DNA from: Ranitomeya imitator
Taxonomy: Eukaryota
NCBI RefSeq assembly: GCF_032444005.1
Contig: NC_091283.1
Coordinates: 782,440,001-782,504,000 of the forward strand
DNA length: 64,000 nt
Reading direction: 5' to 3'
The translations under genes and the position numbers were made by a program. Positions 51,312 through 64,000 of this stretch are shown one piece after another. Under the pieces are notes generated by a model. It was given only the letters and a program-made list of their open reading frames with translations, did no database searches and was not told where the DNA came from. Numbering within the stretch: position 1 is the stretch's first letter; every line of letters begins with the position of its first letter.

Positions 51312-52018
51312 TATGTCACTCTCCATAAGGAGAAACGTTAAACCTTAGATACCAGTCCAGAGCCTCTCACTTAGCCAAATCAGTTCTCAATGCGATTTTT
51401 CATTCGCACCATCCGTTTTACATTCGTATGACATCCGTATGCAATCCGTTTTTTTTCTCTGCAACTATTTTTATACAGTCATTTACAGGACTATTTACAG
51501 TGTTCTATGCCACAGAATGGTAAGGTATCCGTAATAAACGGATAGAATACGGATGGTCCGTATTCCATGCGGTTTTTTTCTCGCACCCATTGACTTGCAT
51601 TGGCGAGTCTCGTCCGAGACTCGCAGCAAATCGCAGCATGCTGCGATTTTTTTCTCAGCCCGATTTCAGCTGAGAAAAAAATCGCAAATGAGATGTCACC
51701 TATTGAATAACATTGGTCCGAGTGCAATCTGAATTTTTATCGGATTGCACTCGTCCGTTTTTCTCGCAAGTGGAAAAGAGGCCTTAGACCCCAGTCCAGA
51801 GCCTCTCACTTAGCCAAATCAGTTCTCATGCTTCGCACTGACGAGGGCCAACAGCCCGAAACACCGTGTCTGCGAATTGAGATACTGATTTGGCTCTTAT
51901 CCTATGTCATATTGCACGACTCGTTAAAGGGTTAATTCTGACTTGTAGGATGGCTACTTCCAACAGGTGGCGCTATAGAGTTTAAGTCCTCGTTTTCTCA
52001 GAAGAGGCAATTTGCATG
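51312..52018 (+). mobile_element. Short hammerhead-bearing non-autonomous element (Penelope-like or retrozyme-like) with an internal MITE fragment
   Basis: Contains an intact hammerhead core; 47-bp duplication at 51343-51389 and 51782-51828 around a truncated palindromic MITE; a degenerate homolog lies at 34330-34500. Confidence 0.72.
51812..51895 (+). ncRNA. Type I hammerhead ribozyme, canonical core
   Basis: CTGACGA 51838-51844; stem II GGGC-CAACA-GCCC; GAAA 51858-51861; helix III ACA-CCG-TGT; GUC cleavage triplet ending at 51870; helix I TTCGCA/TGCGAA extended by AGCCAAATCAGT..TCTCA / TGAGA.ACTGATTTGGCT. Confidence 0.9.
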
Positions 52019-52681
52019 GTTAGCAATATATTTTGTTTGACTTTAAAACAGTTTGATAAAAAAAAGGAATAGTATAGTGTAAAAATATTCATATAAAAGT
52101 TTAAAATTTTTGTAAATCCCAGCGGCTTAATGAGAATAGTCATTTACATTTTGACGCATGAAAGTATTTCAAGTTTATTCTTTTGCTGTTTGAATGTCTT
52201 CAAGGGGGAACAAAATATTAATGAAATGCGGTACAAAGAAATCATAAGTCTTTATATCAAGCTATTTTAAAGATTAATTTACATAACTACCCCAATACAA
52301 AAAATCTTTACATTTTTCACAAAGGTTTTATCTGCAGTTCAGCACATAAATGATACAAATATTTCCATATTCTTATTCCATATTTTTTGTTTCCACACAA
52401 GATGAGAAATTCAGTGTAAAGTTACAAACTTCAGTTGTTTTCACCCAGGATTTCCATTCAGTATTATATGATAGTTACATTTTACATCGTTTTGTGTATT
52501 TTTATTATTTGAGCTTTCTATATTTTATTAAACATTATAAACATTTTACTAGTGGAAACAGGTATATGTGTGTATGAGTAAGGAATAGCATACCAGCTTA
52601 CCCAGATCTTGGAGAGAGCTGAACATTGCCATTGTTAGTCTTTTATAGAAACTGAAAAAATAAGGGTTTATCCACCAGGCG

Positions 52682-53075
52682 TGTTGTAGCTGTTTGCGTT
52701 CTGACCCAATGTCAGACATGCCAGATCACCAGTGAGGCCAAATCAGGAGGTTACACCCTTCATTTACAAGCACTTGGAGAAAAAAGAAAATTGCACACGT
52801 TCTGTGAGCAAAGTCACTTTTATCTGATGCAATGCAGCAAGAGGCAGTATTTTATACCATTTACAAGAAATATAACTCAATGTATCTCATGTAGCCCCCC
52901 ACCATTACCCAGGGTCATACTTTATTTACCACGCACCCAGAACATGTTGTGGCTGACTAATGAAAACATACATGATAAGAAGTATAAAATCCTTGAAGCG
53001 GAGCCTACCAGACTACTGCATCATGACTGAACACATTCTAGCAATTAAAGGCAAAAGACAATTACAGGCAAAACA
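52682..53075 (-). mobile_element. Probable 3' LTR of the endogenous retrovirus
   Basis: TGTT...AACA termini; purine tract AAAAGGGGAAATTGGTATAGAAGGGTTAA immediately upstream on the minus strand. Confidence 0.6.
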
Positions 53076-53236
53076 TTAACCCTTCTATACCAATTTCCCC
53101 CTTTTGTAAATGGTATAACCCCTACCACAGGGTCAGCTGATGTCCACAAAGGACCTACTGTCTCATGGGTCTAGTACCCATGAGGGGGCTTTCTACCTGC
53201 TTCGCCCATCCACCCTCAGTGTGGACACTCACTTCC

Positions 53237-53823
53237 CTAGTCAGCAGTGGTTATCCAGGGTCTATTATACACTATGGATGGCACAACCTTAGATTCCTTC
53301 CTTAAACATACACTCTTCAATAACTTATGTAATGCATATATTAGCGCTTTTTCAGCTACATAAAGCAATAAACAAAATAAAACAATTAAAAATTGCATGA
53401 AAGTCTGTAAAATACCAAAAATAATCCATCCCGCTAGGCCACTAAGCCAATTGGCTGGATTTAAGAAGGAACCTAGTCTCATTAAGAGCCTTAAGGAACT
53501 TAGAAAATCTGAGTCCACGTCTCATTGTGCATGCAGTGTGGTGTTAATACCTTCCTTGGCTCCAGGGGTAAGGCTAAGCATAGCATAGTCCTTGCCCATA
53601 CTGGCCTGTGGGTACAGATCCAACAATCCAGCAGTTCTTGTCCCTCTGTGTCTTTTATAAGAAAAGCATGATGTTGAATAAGTTTGTTGTCCCTGTCAAC
53701 ATTTAAAAGTTTATCCAGTGTCTCTGTAGGGTGCAAAAATCCTACCACTGCCAGCAAGGTGATTAGGAGAACAGTCATTCTGCTGGTGAAAAAATCTTTT
53801 TGCAGTGACTGGCATGCATCCAA
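53237..53823 (-). pseudogene. env: Retroviral env, internally deleted (signal peptide and SU start with CWIC; TM C-terminus)
   Basis: MTVLLITLLAVVGFLHP signal peptide; LLDCWICTH CxxC motif; SFLNPANWLSGLAGWI..LIVLFCLLLYV membrane-proximal and TM segment. Confidence 0.8.
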
Positions 53824-55859
53824 GTGGGCTTTCCCTCAATTTTCACTGAGGTGAATGTGGTCAGCTGGACTTTAAAATGGGCCGTCAAACCGTGGATGTA
53901 GGCTCCTTCTCACCTGTCTGGTATATCCACCCAATCACCCGGATTTAGCTGATGTACGTCTGCACTAGCATTAGGTTCTGGAATGGATGAAAACATGTTT
54001 ATGCACCACATTAAGTCTTTCCTGCAAGGCCTGGACATAGGCTGTCATAGCACCGGGTTGCATTTGTAGCATCTGTGGGAAGTGCAGACCAGTCTTTGGC
54101 GCACCACCAAACAGGACTTCAAAAGGAGACAAGCCTGTCTTTCTATTTGGAGTGTGTCTGACTGAAAAGAGTGCAAGAGGCAAGCACTGTACCCAGTTCT
54201 TTCCTGTGTCTGCCATGGCCTTTGAATTTTCAGTTTAAGTGTCCCGTTTAGTCTCTCCACTTTCCCACTACTTTGTGGTCTATATGGTGCATGATAAGCT
54301 TGTTGTACTCTCAGGGCCTGCATGACTTCCCTCATTATTTCTCCCATGAAGTGTGTACCTCTATCGCTTTCTATGGTTTCTGGGACACCATACCTGCAGA
54401 TGAGTTCTTTCATCAGTTTGTCTGCAGTCGATTTAGCATTTGCACATTTTACCGGATAGGCTTCCAGCCAACCAGAGAAGAGATCTACACATACTAGGAC
54501 ATTTTTCACACACTCCTACCTTGGGTAGCTGTATGTAGTCAGTCTGCAGTATCTGAAACGAGTAGAGAGGCCTTGGTGTCACTTTCTTAGGGATTTTTAC
54601 TGTTTTACCTGGGTTGTGCTGTACACAGATGAGGCATGACTGTACGAGTTTCACTGCTGCATAAGAGAAACCAGGAATGACCCAGAAGGCATTTACCATG
54701 GACACATGTGACATTTTGAGGTGTGAGTGGGGCCATGTGTTGTTTGCGCAATAATTAAGAACAGGGACCTTGGTATATACAATTTATCCTTATTCTCCCA
54801 TACTTCTTCTGAGTTCAGCTCAGCTCCCATTCTTCCCCAGTGTACCTTCTCTGTTTGGGCAGCTGGAGGAATTTCAGGATATCTAGGCTCAGTGTGGCTG
54901 GAATACGCTGACTCCCCGCCACCGCCCACTGCTCCCTAGGCCACCTTGCTGCTACTTTAGCAGCCTCATCCGCCCTTCTGTTGCCCTCTACCTCCACAGA
55001 GTCACCGTTCATGTGTGCTTTTACCTTGACGATGCCATCCTAGACTGTTAACATTAATGCCTCCATTAATTGTTTCACCAGCTCTGTATTTTTAATGGGC
55101 TTACCGGCTGATGTAAGAAACGCTTTGCTTCTCCAGATAGGGCCATAATCATCGGATTTTCCACATGCATGATTCAAATCTGTGTAACTGTTAGCGACTT
55201 TACCTGCAGCAGCTCTACACGCCTCAGTGAGTGCCTTCAACTCTGTCTCCTGCACTGACATGTGAGGAGCGAGTGGTTCAGCTCGGATTACCTCATGTGA
55301 GGATACTACTGCATATCCAGTGTAGAATTGCCCATCCTGGTGATATCTGGAGCCATCTACAAAAATAAAAAACTCAGAATATGCATTGGTAACAGGTTTT
55401 TTCCATGAACATATGTAAAACCCACTGTCTCCTGACTCATCAGTTCCTATGCAGTCATGTTCATGCGTCATGTCAAATTACCAAAGTACTCTTTTTCACC
55501 TGCCAACGCTGTCACCAATTCCCCCTTTTCTGAATCCACAGACAGATGAGTGGCTGGATTCAGAACATTATATCTTTTGAGGGTGATGTATACAGGAATT
55601 AGTATTAGAGCACATTCAAGTCTAAGCTGTTTAGTCATAGTCAGGTGTTTTAGTTGAACTTGTGTGAGTATGGCATTAATGTCATGTGGGGTGTAAATTG
55701 TCAAAGAAAAAGTTAGTGTGAGCTCATATGCCTAGCAGTAATACAGCAGCTCTTACAGCATGAACACACGTAGGAGACCCTCTGATCACGGGGTCTAATT
55801 GTGCTGAGCAGTAAGCTATCGGTCTCTGTTTTCCTCCATGCTTTTGTGTCAACACTGCC

Positions 55860-57630
55860 TATTTTCTTCTTTAATCAGGAGTATTTCAATAGATTTGAGT
55901 ATTTCAATAGATTTAGTAGTACATGTGTACTGCCAACTGATAGTGGATGGGAATTGGGTGCAAATTCTGCAACATCGATATTGGAGGATGAGCAGACTAA
56001 TTTTAGAGTATCCGAAAATGATGTGAGGAGGCAGTTTAAGTCACTTAACATTGGTAAAGCAGCAGGACCAGATGGACTCAGCTCACGTGTTCTTAAAGTG
56101 TGTGCAAACCAGCTGTGTACTGTCTTTACGCGCCTATTTAATGGAAGTATACAAACACAGAGGGTACCTGTGTTATGGAAAACTTCCTGTCTGGTGCCGG
56201 TACCCAAGACTTCTTCTCCTGCAACCCTAAATGACTATCGTTCTGTAGCCTTAACATCTCACGCTATGAAGGCCTTGGAAAGATTAGTGCTTGCTCACTT
56301 AAGACCAAGGGTCATTGCTTTTATCGATCCCCTTCAGTTTGCTTACCGACATAGATTGGGGGTGGATGATGCTATTCTTTCTCTGTTACATAGGGTACAT
56401 TCATTTCTGGAGATGGACGGAACCACGGTGCGAGCGATGTTCTTCGATTTCTCGAGTGCATTTAACTCCCTGCAGCCACTTTTACTTTTACTTTTACTAC
56501 ACAAAAAGATGACTGATATGAAGGTTGAGGAGGGGATGAGAAATTGGATAACTGACTACCTATCAGATCGGCCACAGTTTGTACAGATGGGAGCAGTGGT
56601 GTCAAGCAGATTACTGAGCAGTGTAGGTGCCCCCCAGGGAACGGTGCTTGCGCCCTTCCTATTCACACTGTATACTTCAGACTTTCAGTATAAATCTGAA
56701 CTTTGCCACCTTCAAAAATTTTCGGATGACTCTGTGGTTGTGGGATGCATTAGGGGAGATCAGGGGGATGAGGAATATAGAAGGGTGGTGTCGAATTTCG
56801 TGGATTGGTGCAATGGTAACTATCTACAACTAAATGTTAAGAAAACCAAGGAGTTGGTGGCCAACTATAGCAGGATTAAGTTGGAATGCTTACCGATCAC
56901 TATTGCTGGTCAGGAGGTAGAGCAGGTGGAGAGTTACAAATATTTGGGGGTCCATTTGGATAGCAAACTGGACTGGAGATGCCACACAGAGACTGTCTGC
57001 AAGAAGGGGATGAGCAGATTGTATTTCCTAAGGAAACTGAGGTCTTTTAATGTGTGCAGCAAAATGTTAGAAATGTTCTACCAGTCGGTGGTGGCAAGTG
57101 CCATCTTTTTTGCAATCACATGCTGGGGTAGTAGTGTGCGGGCCTCTGATGCTAATAGGCTGAATAAGCTTATTAAGAAGGCAAGTTCTGCTGTCGGCTG
57201 CAATCTGGACTCTTTTGGGGAGGTAGTGGAGAAAAGAACTCTGAAAAAGTGTATGGCAATTATGAACAATAATGCACATCCATTATATGAGCTATTCATG
57301 AGACAGAAGAGCACCTTCAGTAACCGGCTAATACTTCTGAGGTGTAAGAAGGAAAAATATAGGAAATCGTTTGTGCCAACTGCCATGGGAATGTAAAACA
57401 ATAACATTAGGGTTAAACCACCAAGGTGAATGTCTACATATTCTCTACATTTCAGTTCACTCGTTGTGTATGTCCTATTCTAATGTATAATGTATAATGT
57501 TCTTCTGTCATCTCTACTGTCATGTCAACTATGTAATTCCTTTATGATTTTTATGATTTAAGTTGTGCTGCTGTGATACCATAATTTCCCACGGGATCAA
57601 TAAAGTGTATCGTATCGTATCATATCGTAT
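55860..57630 (+). mobile_element. Rex1/Babar-type non-LTR retrotransposon, 5'-truncated, with an open RT frame
   Basis: ORF to 57396: GKAAGPDG, DYRSVALTS, MFFDFSSAFN, GAPQGTVLAPFLF, LQKFSDDS, SRLYFLRKLRSF; 3' end GGGATCAATAAAG followed by (TATCG)n. Confidence 0.88.
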
Positions 57631-58429
57631 ACTTTTAGCAACATTGTGGCCTAAAAATGTCACCTTTTGTTTGCAATACTGTAGTTTGTCACATGAGACT
57701 TTGCAACCCTCTCCTGCCAAAAACCACAGCAAGGACATCTGGTCCGGGCAGCAGAGCAGGAGGTCATCCACATACTGTAATACTACAATCTGTGGATGAG
57801 GTGAAGAATGCATTTGCCAAATTAGTGATTGTGAAACATTTTGACGTCGCTGGGATCTGTGACAGTACGGTGTGTGTATTAGGGACTATTGAGGTCACAC
57901 TCACTGTAACATCATTAATAGCCCGTAAGTCATGAACTATTCTGTAAGTGTCAGGGGAACCCTTGTGTCTTTTTTTCTTAATGGGATACAAAGGGGTGTT
58001 GCAGGGGGAAGATCTCTGCACTAGAACCCCTGCATTAGCATACTCTTTAATATCTCTGCTCAGAGCCATTGATTTGACTAGGCTAAAAGGGGTATTGCTT
58101 TAACCAAAGAGGAGTGGATCCTTCTTTTAAGTTATCATGACAGGAGGAATGGGCAGCCGACCCATATCAGATTTTTCCCTTGCCCAAACGGTGTCTGGTA
58201 CCTGACTCATTTCCCTATCCTCAGACATTCTGGTGTCTGGTGTTACTTTCCCTACTCTTGCCATATCCACCATTTCTGCAATATTACACAAGTGTTTATA
58301 TAAGTCACACATTAATGTCCAAATATTATTTATACCCGTATTAGATCGGGTAGAGTACCCCTTAAAGAACTAAATTTGATTCACAAAATATGTTACCAAA
58401 AGAAAATTATATATTAAAATATATAATTA

Positions 58430-59570
58430 GGAAAGGTGCTGCTGAGTCATAAAATGGCCTCCCCTGGTGCTGCATAGCTGTTTTCATTCCTGCTGCCTTA
58501 CTATCTGCTTCTCAGCAACCCTATGCTCAACTCCCTGCATACTGGAAATTGCACAGCTGGGTGAAGCTCAATGCAGTTCATGACACAGATGGTGGTACAC
58601 CATCACTGCGGTAAGTGTCAAATCACATATGACTGTGTGAATCTAATTGCAGCAACCCCTTAATGAGCATGTTGGGTCGGCCTTAATAGCCAGAATCAGA
58701 AGATATACTTATTCTAAGGGTTCCTACTAAGATCATTGTACTATCAAGGGGCAACTTGCTTCCATGTGTTTTGCATACATTCAGCAATACGCATATTGTT
58801 TAGGATACAACACCCAGCTTCATCAATTCAGATTATGATGAGGTGACTAGTATTATCTGTCAATTTGCTACATTGACACCTCTGGCCATTTTCCCTTAAA
58901 CGTGATATTATATACTGTAGCTATCTATACACCTTTAGCCCGTGTCATTGTTCTTCCACCGAAGCCGCATCACATCACACGTGGAGATGGACCTGAAACT
59001 AAGAAAGTACCTGTGGACTTGAGCGATTCCCTGGGGCCCACATGTTATAAGGAATGGTAACGTGACACATACAGCTATCTGCAATCCCATACCTGCACCT
59101 TACCTTTATCTGTATGTCTGGCTGTAATATCTGTATCTAACTCTGTATATATTTGTATTATTAGTGCTCCCTTCGGCAACTAAAATATCAATTAATTTTG
59201 GACTGCGCTTTTATCTCGAATCTTGTTTTTCCATGTCCGTGAGTCAGTTGGTTTCTGACCTTATATAAGCTTGTTAATGGACCAGGCTTATATATAAAGG
59301 GGAAATGGTGGCAGCATACCATTCTGGTGTTATTGGGGGATCCTGGCAGTGAAAGAAAGGATGTTTATATATATATTCCCAGCCTAGGAATGGTGATATT
59401 TATACCTCCCTCACTGCAGAGTGCCTCGCTAACCAGTACCTTAGAGGGTAGCCTCTCCGGCGACTACATATCCTAGGTGCAGTTCCCTGACTGACTTGAG
59501 GGTAAGGGAGGTGCCAGAGAGCTGGGATTGTTTAAGCTCCATCACAGATTGGTGATGGCGGGGGGATATC
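58430..59570 (+). mobile_element. Probable LTR with a degenerate tRNA-Leu-like PBS, internal region lost
   Basis: Ends ...CTCCATCACA (about 59547) followed by GATTGGTGATGGCGGGGGGAT, resembling TGGTGGCAGCGGTGGGAT. Left boundary uncertain. Confidence 0.5.
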
Positions 59571-59622
59571 TGTATCCCTCGCCTCTCATTTCATCACAAT
59601 GATGTTTTCCCATGTTGTGGCA

Positions 59623-61260
<1,638 letters not shown>

Positions 61261-61346
61261 TATCAGATAACTAATAAAGAAAAAACTTCATGACTTTGTG
61301 ATTGGAAGCTTAGAAATCACTACAACTCTTTAAGATATTGTATTAA

Positions 61347-61747
61347 TCTATACATATAATTGTCTAAGGGTTTTTCCGTCTGTCTGTCTGTCTGTCTTTC
61401 TGTCTGTCTGTCTGTCTGTCTGTCCTGGAAATCCCGTGTCTCTGATTGGTCGAGGCCGCCAGGCCTCGACCAATCAGCGACGGACACAGCGACAGTGATG
61501 TCATAAAGGACGTAGACATCCCGCGTCTCTGATTGGTCGAGGCCGCCAGGCCTCGACCAATCAGCGACAGGCACAGTATCGACGTAGATGTCATAATGGT
61601 TGCCATGGCGACGATGATGTCATAAAGGTTGCCTTGACCAGCGACGGGCACAGTCTGCCGCGAATTCTGGAATCATCATTGTCCATATATTACAGGGACA
61701 TGCATATTCTAGAATACTCGATGTGTTAGAATCGGGCCACAATCTAG
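61347..61747 (+). mobile_element. Non-autonomous Helitron-like element, copy 1
   Basis: A|TC start; (GTCT)n; 36-nt hairpin units; subterminal hairpin; CTAG|T end; no TSD. Confidence 0.78.
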
Positions 61748-62067
61748 TTATTAATAATTATTTGTTTGTAAAAAATTACAGAAGTTGAGAGAAGTTATAC
61801 AAAAGTAGCATATTATTTATGTGCATAATCTACTTTAAGTGGTATCAAAGTAATATCACTACAGGCATTGGTTCCTTGCAGATTTTATAAATTCTGTTTT
61901 CTCCCTATGGTGATTTTAAGGCATAGATTAGCGAAATATCTCATTAGCAAACACAGTCTTCATTATCTGAGAGTAGAAATTAGAATTGTATACCATAACA
62001 AAAAATATTTAATTCCTTTAATACAAAGACAAGAAAAAAACTGATATATATATACAGTATATCTATA

Positions 62068-62625
62068 TCTATATATATAATTGTCTAAGGGTTTTTCCGT
62101 CTGTCTGTCTGTCTTTCTGTCTGTCTGTCTGTCTTTCTGTCTGTCTGTCTGTCCTGGAAATCCCGGCTCTCTGATTGGTCGAGACCGCCAGGCCTCGACC
62201 AATCAGAGACCGGCACAGCATCGACGTAGAAATCCCGCGTCTCTGATTGGTCGAGGCCGCCAGGCCTCGACCAATCAGCAACGGGCACAGCGACGATGAT
62301 GTCATAAAGGACGTAGAATTCCCGCGTCCGATTGGTCGAGGCCGCCAGGCCTCGACCAATCAGCAACGGGCACAGCGACGATGATGTCATAATGGTTGCC
62401 ATGGCGACAATGATGTCATAAAGGTTGCTTCGACCAATCAGCGACGGGCACAGCGACGATTATGTCATAATGGTTGCCATGGCGACGATGATGTCATAAA
62501 GGTTGCCTCGACCAATCAGCGACGGGCACAGTCTGCCGCGAATTCTGGAATCATCGTTGTCCATATACTACGGGGACATGCATATTCTAGAATACCCGAT
62601 GCGTTAGAATCGGGCCACAATCTAG
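62068..62625 (+). mobile_element. Non-autonomous Helitron-like element, copy 2
   Basis: Same termini as copy 1; hairpin CCCGAT-GCGTTAGA-ATCGGG before CTAG|T; more internal units. Confidence 0.8.
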
Positions 62626-62659
<34 letters not shown>

Positions 62660-62960
62660 TACTGTATGCATTGAAAACTTGTAATTCAAATAAGTAGTAA
62701 TCTCATCTTCAATCAGCGGGAAAGTTATCATTACTTTCATACCATAAAACACTTGCTCCTAGAAAAAGCACAAGCTAATAAAACTGCATATGTTTAACTC
62801 CTTCCAACCTTGTATACACTCAGTACATCATGGAAGGAAATTACTTCCTGATCTTGAACGTACCGGGAATGTCATGGTGATTTTACACACACAGGAGCGC
62901 AAAGTAGCTGACACCCATCTCTCACTACCCAGAACAGTACCCGCTCGCACTGCTCCCAGC

Positions 62961-64000
62961 TAGGGTTGAGTGACCTTGACCTTTTTAGAGTCGAGCCGTG
63001 TTTCGCGAAACCCAACTATCTTAGAAGTCGAGTCGAGTGGAATCGGCCGATTATCGCGAAAAGTCGGGTATCGCCCGAAACACGAAACCCAATGCAAGTC
63101 AATGGGGGAGCATAGTCGGCAGTGAGTGGAGGCCAGGAAACACCTACACTGCCCATTTTAATGGCAAAAACATCCATTCTTGTTAAAGAAGCTTGTCAAG
63201 CGTAATTTACCTTATAATAATTGGAAGGCATTTGAAATTGGGGGTCATTTGGCTAAAGTTGTGGGGGGTAGGGCTGGTTCAAGTAATTAGTGGGCCCAGT
63301 AAATCTGGACCACGTCATGGCAATGGAGCAGGGAGAGGTAAGTATTTCAACTTTGCAAGTGCTGTGATCCTGAGCAAGCAGGGGGGGCCCACTCGTTGGC
63401 ATTGGCACTGGCACAGGGCCCCTCAAAGTACAGCGGTGTGTTTGCATGGCGGGGGCGCCTCCCACCGGCAGCAACACTTTTGCGTACTATGAGAGGCCCT
63501 GTGCCAGTGACGTCGCCAACTAGTATTCCTCCCCCCACCTGATGAAGGAACCTGCACTTTCATCTGCACCTTCCTCTTTGTCCCCGTGTAAGGTGGTATG
63601 GTATGCGGGAAGAGGAACCTGACTTTCAGCAGGGTCACAATCTTGCTGTGTAGCGTGCACGGGGAATTTTGCGTTATGGGTCAATGTACCAGCAGACTCA
63701 TCTATCACTGGCTGGGCAATGGGCAGGATGAGGAGGAAACACAGATATAGGCCCAAAGAATAAAGTGGGCTAAATGCAGTTCAAAATTGGTAACACAGGA
63801 CTAACCAGGGGGCATTGCAGTGGAGGACAACTGGAATGAGAGGCTGACACAGAGAGTAGGCCCAAATCAGTAAGTAGTCGACATGCAGTTCAAAATTGGC
63901 AACCGTAGTAAACAGGCGGCCCAGCTTTGTTCAGTTGAGGAGAACAGCAAGGAGTGGCAGACACCGATAGTAGGCCCCAACCCAACTAGTAGGCCAAATG
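62961..64000. mobile_element. End of a long non-autonomous hAT element, running out of the window
   Basis: Starts TAGGGTTGAGTGAC; inverted homology to 41900-42732. Confidence 0.78.

Larger units (their letters stand above)
53076..58312 (-). mobile_element. Class I (epsilon-like) endogenous retrovirus: pol and env relics; gag and 5' LTR absent
   Basis: RT VLQYVDDLLLC (57529-58069); RPIAY..QLDPV connection domain (about 55780-55855); RNase H FVDGS..QETEL..YTD (55040-55471); integrase VCVDLFSGW..IESDRGTHF..QSSGKVERLN (54045-54929). Confidence 0.9.

Noticed and set aside
61320-62402. Repetitive ORFs (RQTDRQ...)
   Set aside because: These are antisense translations of the (GTCT)n microsatellite and hairpin units.

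Overview
This is vertebrate nuclear DNA, most likely from a frog (inferred from the repeat repertoire; not confirmed by any search). The window is almost entirely nested, decayed mobile DNA, and I could not find a host exon, RNA gene or CRISPR array. It contains two families of chromodomain-bearing Tf1/sushi-type Ty3/Gypsy elements: one full-length copy at 27073-32938 with a 5-bp TSD, plus three solo LTRs with 6-bp TSDs. It also holds a SCAN-domain Gmr1-like element with PR-IN-RT domain order, five L2 LINE copies, an L1, a Rex1-type LINE nested in a class I (epsilon-like) endogenous retrovirus, and a Maverick/Polinton block (integrase, minor capsid, small ORF, major capsid). Smaller elements include several Tc1 transposons, hAT, Harbinger and pogo-type MITEs, two Helitron-like elements and a V-SINE. 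Three signals are the least obvious. (1) Hammerhead ribozyme motifs: one apparently intact at 51812-51895, and a pair at the outer ends of a roughly 2-kb fold-back later split by a Gypsy insertion. (2) Sequence evidence for tRNA-independent self-priming in both Gypsy families, whose PBS is complementary to LTR sequence 30 nt after the TATA box. (3) A 2A-like peptide at the start of the L2 ORF2. All coordinates were read by eye; boundaries given as approximate may be off by tens of bases.
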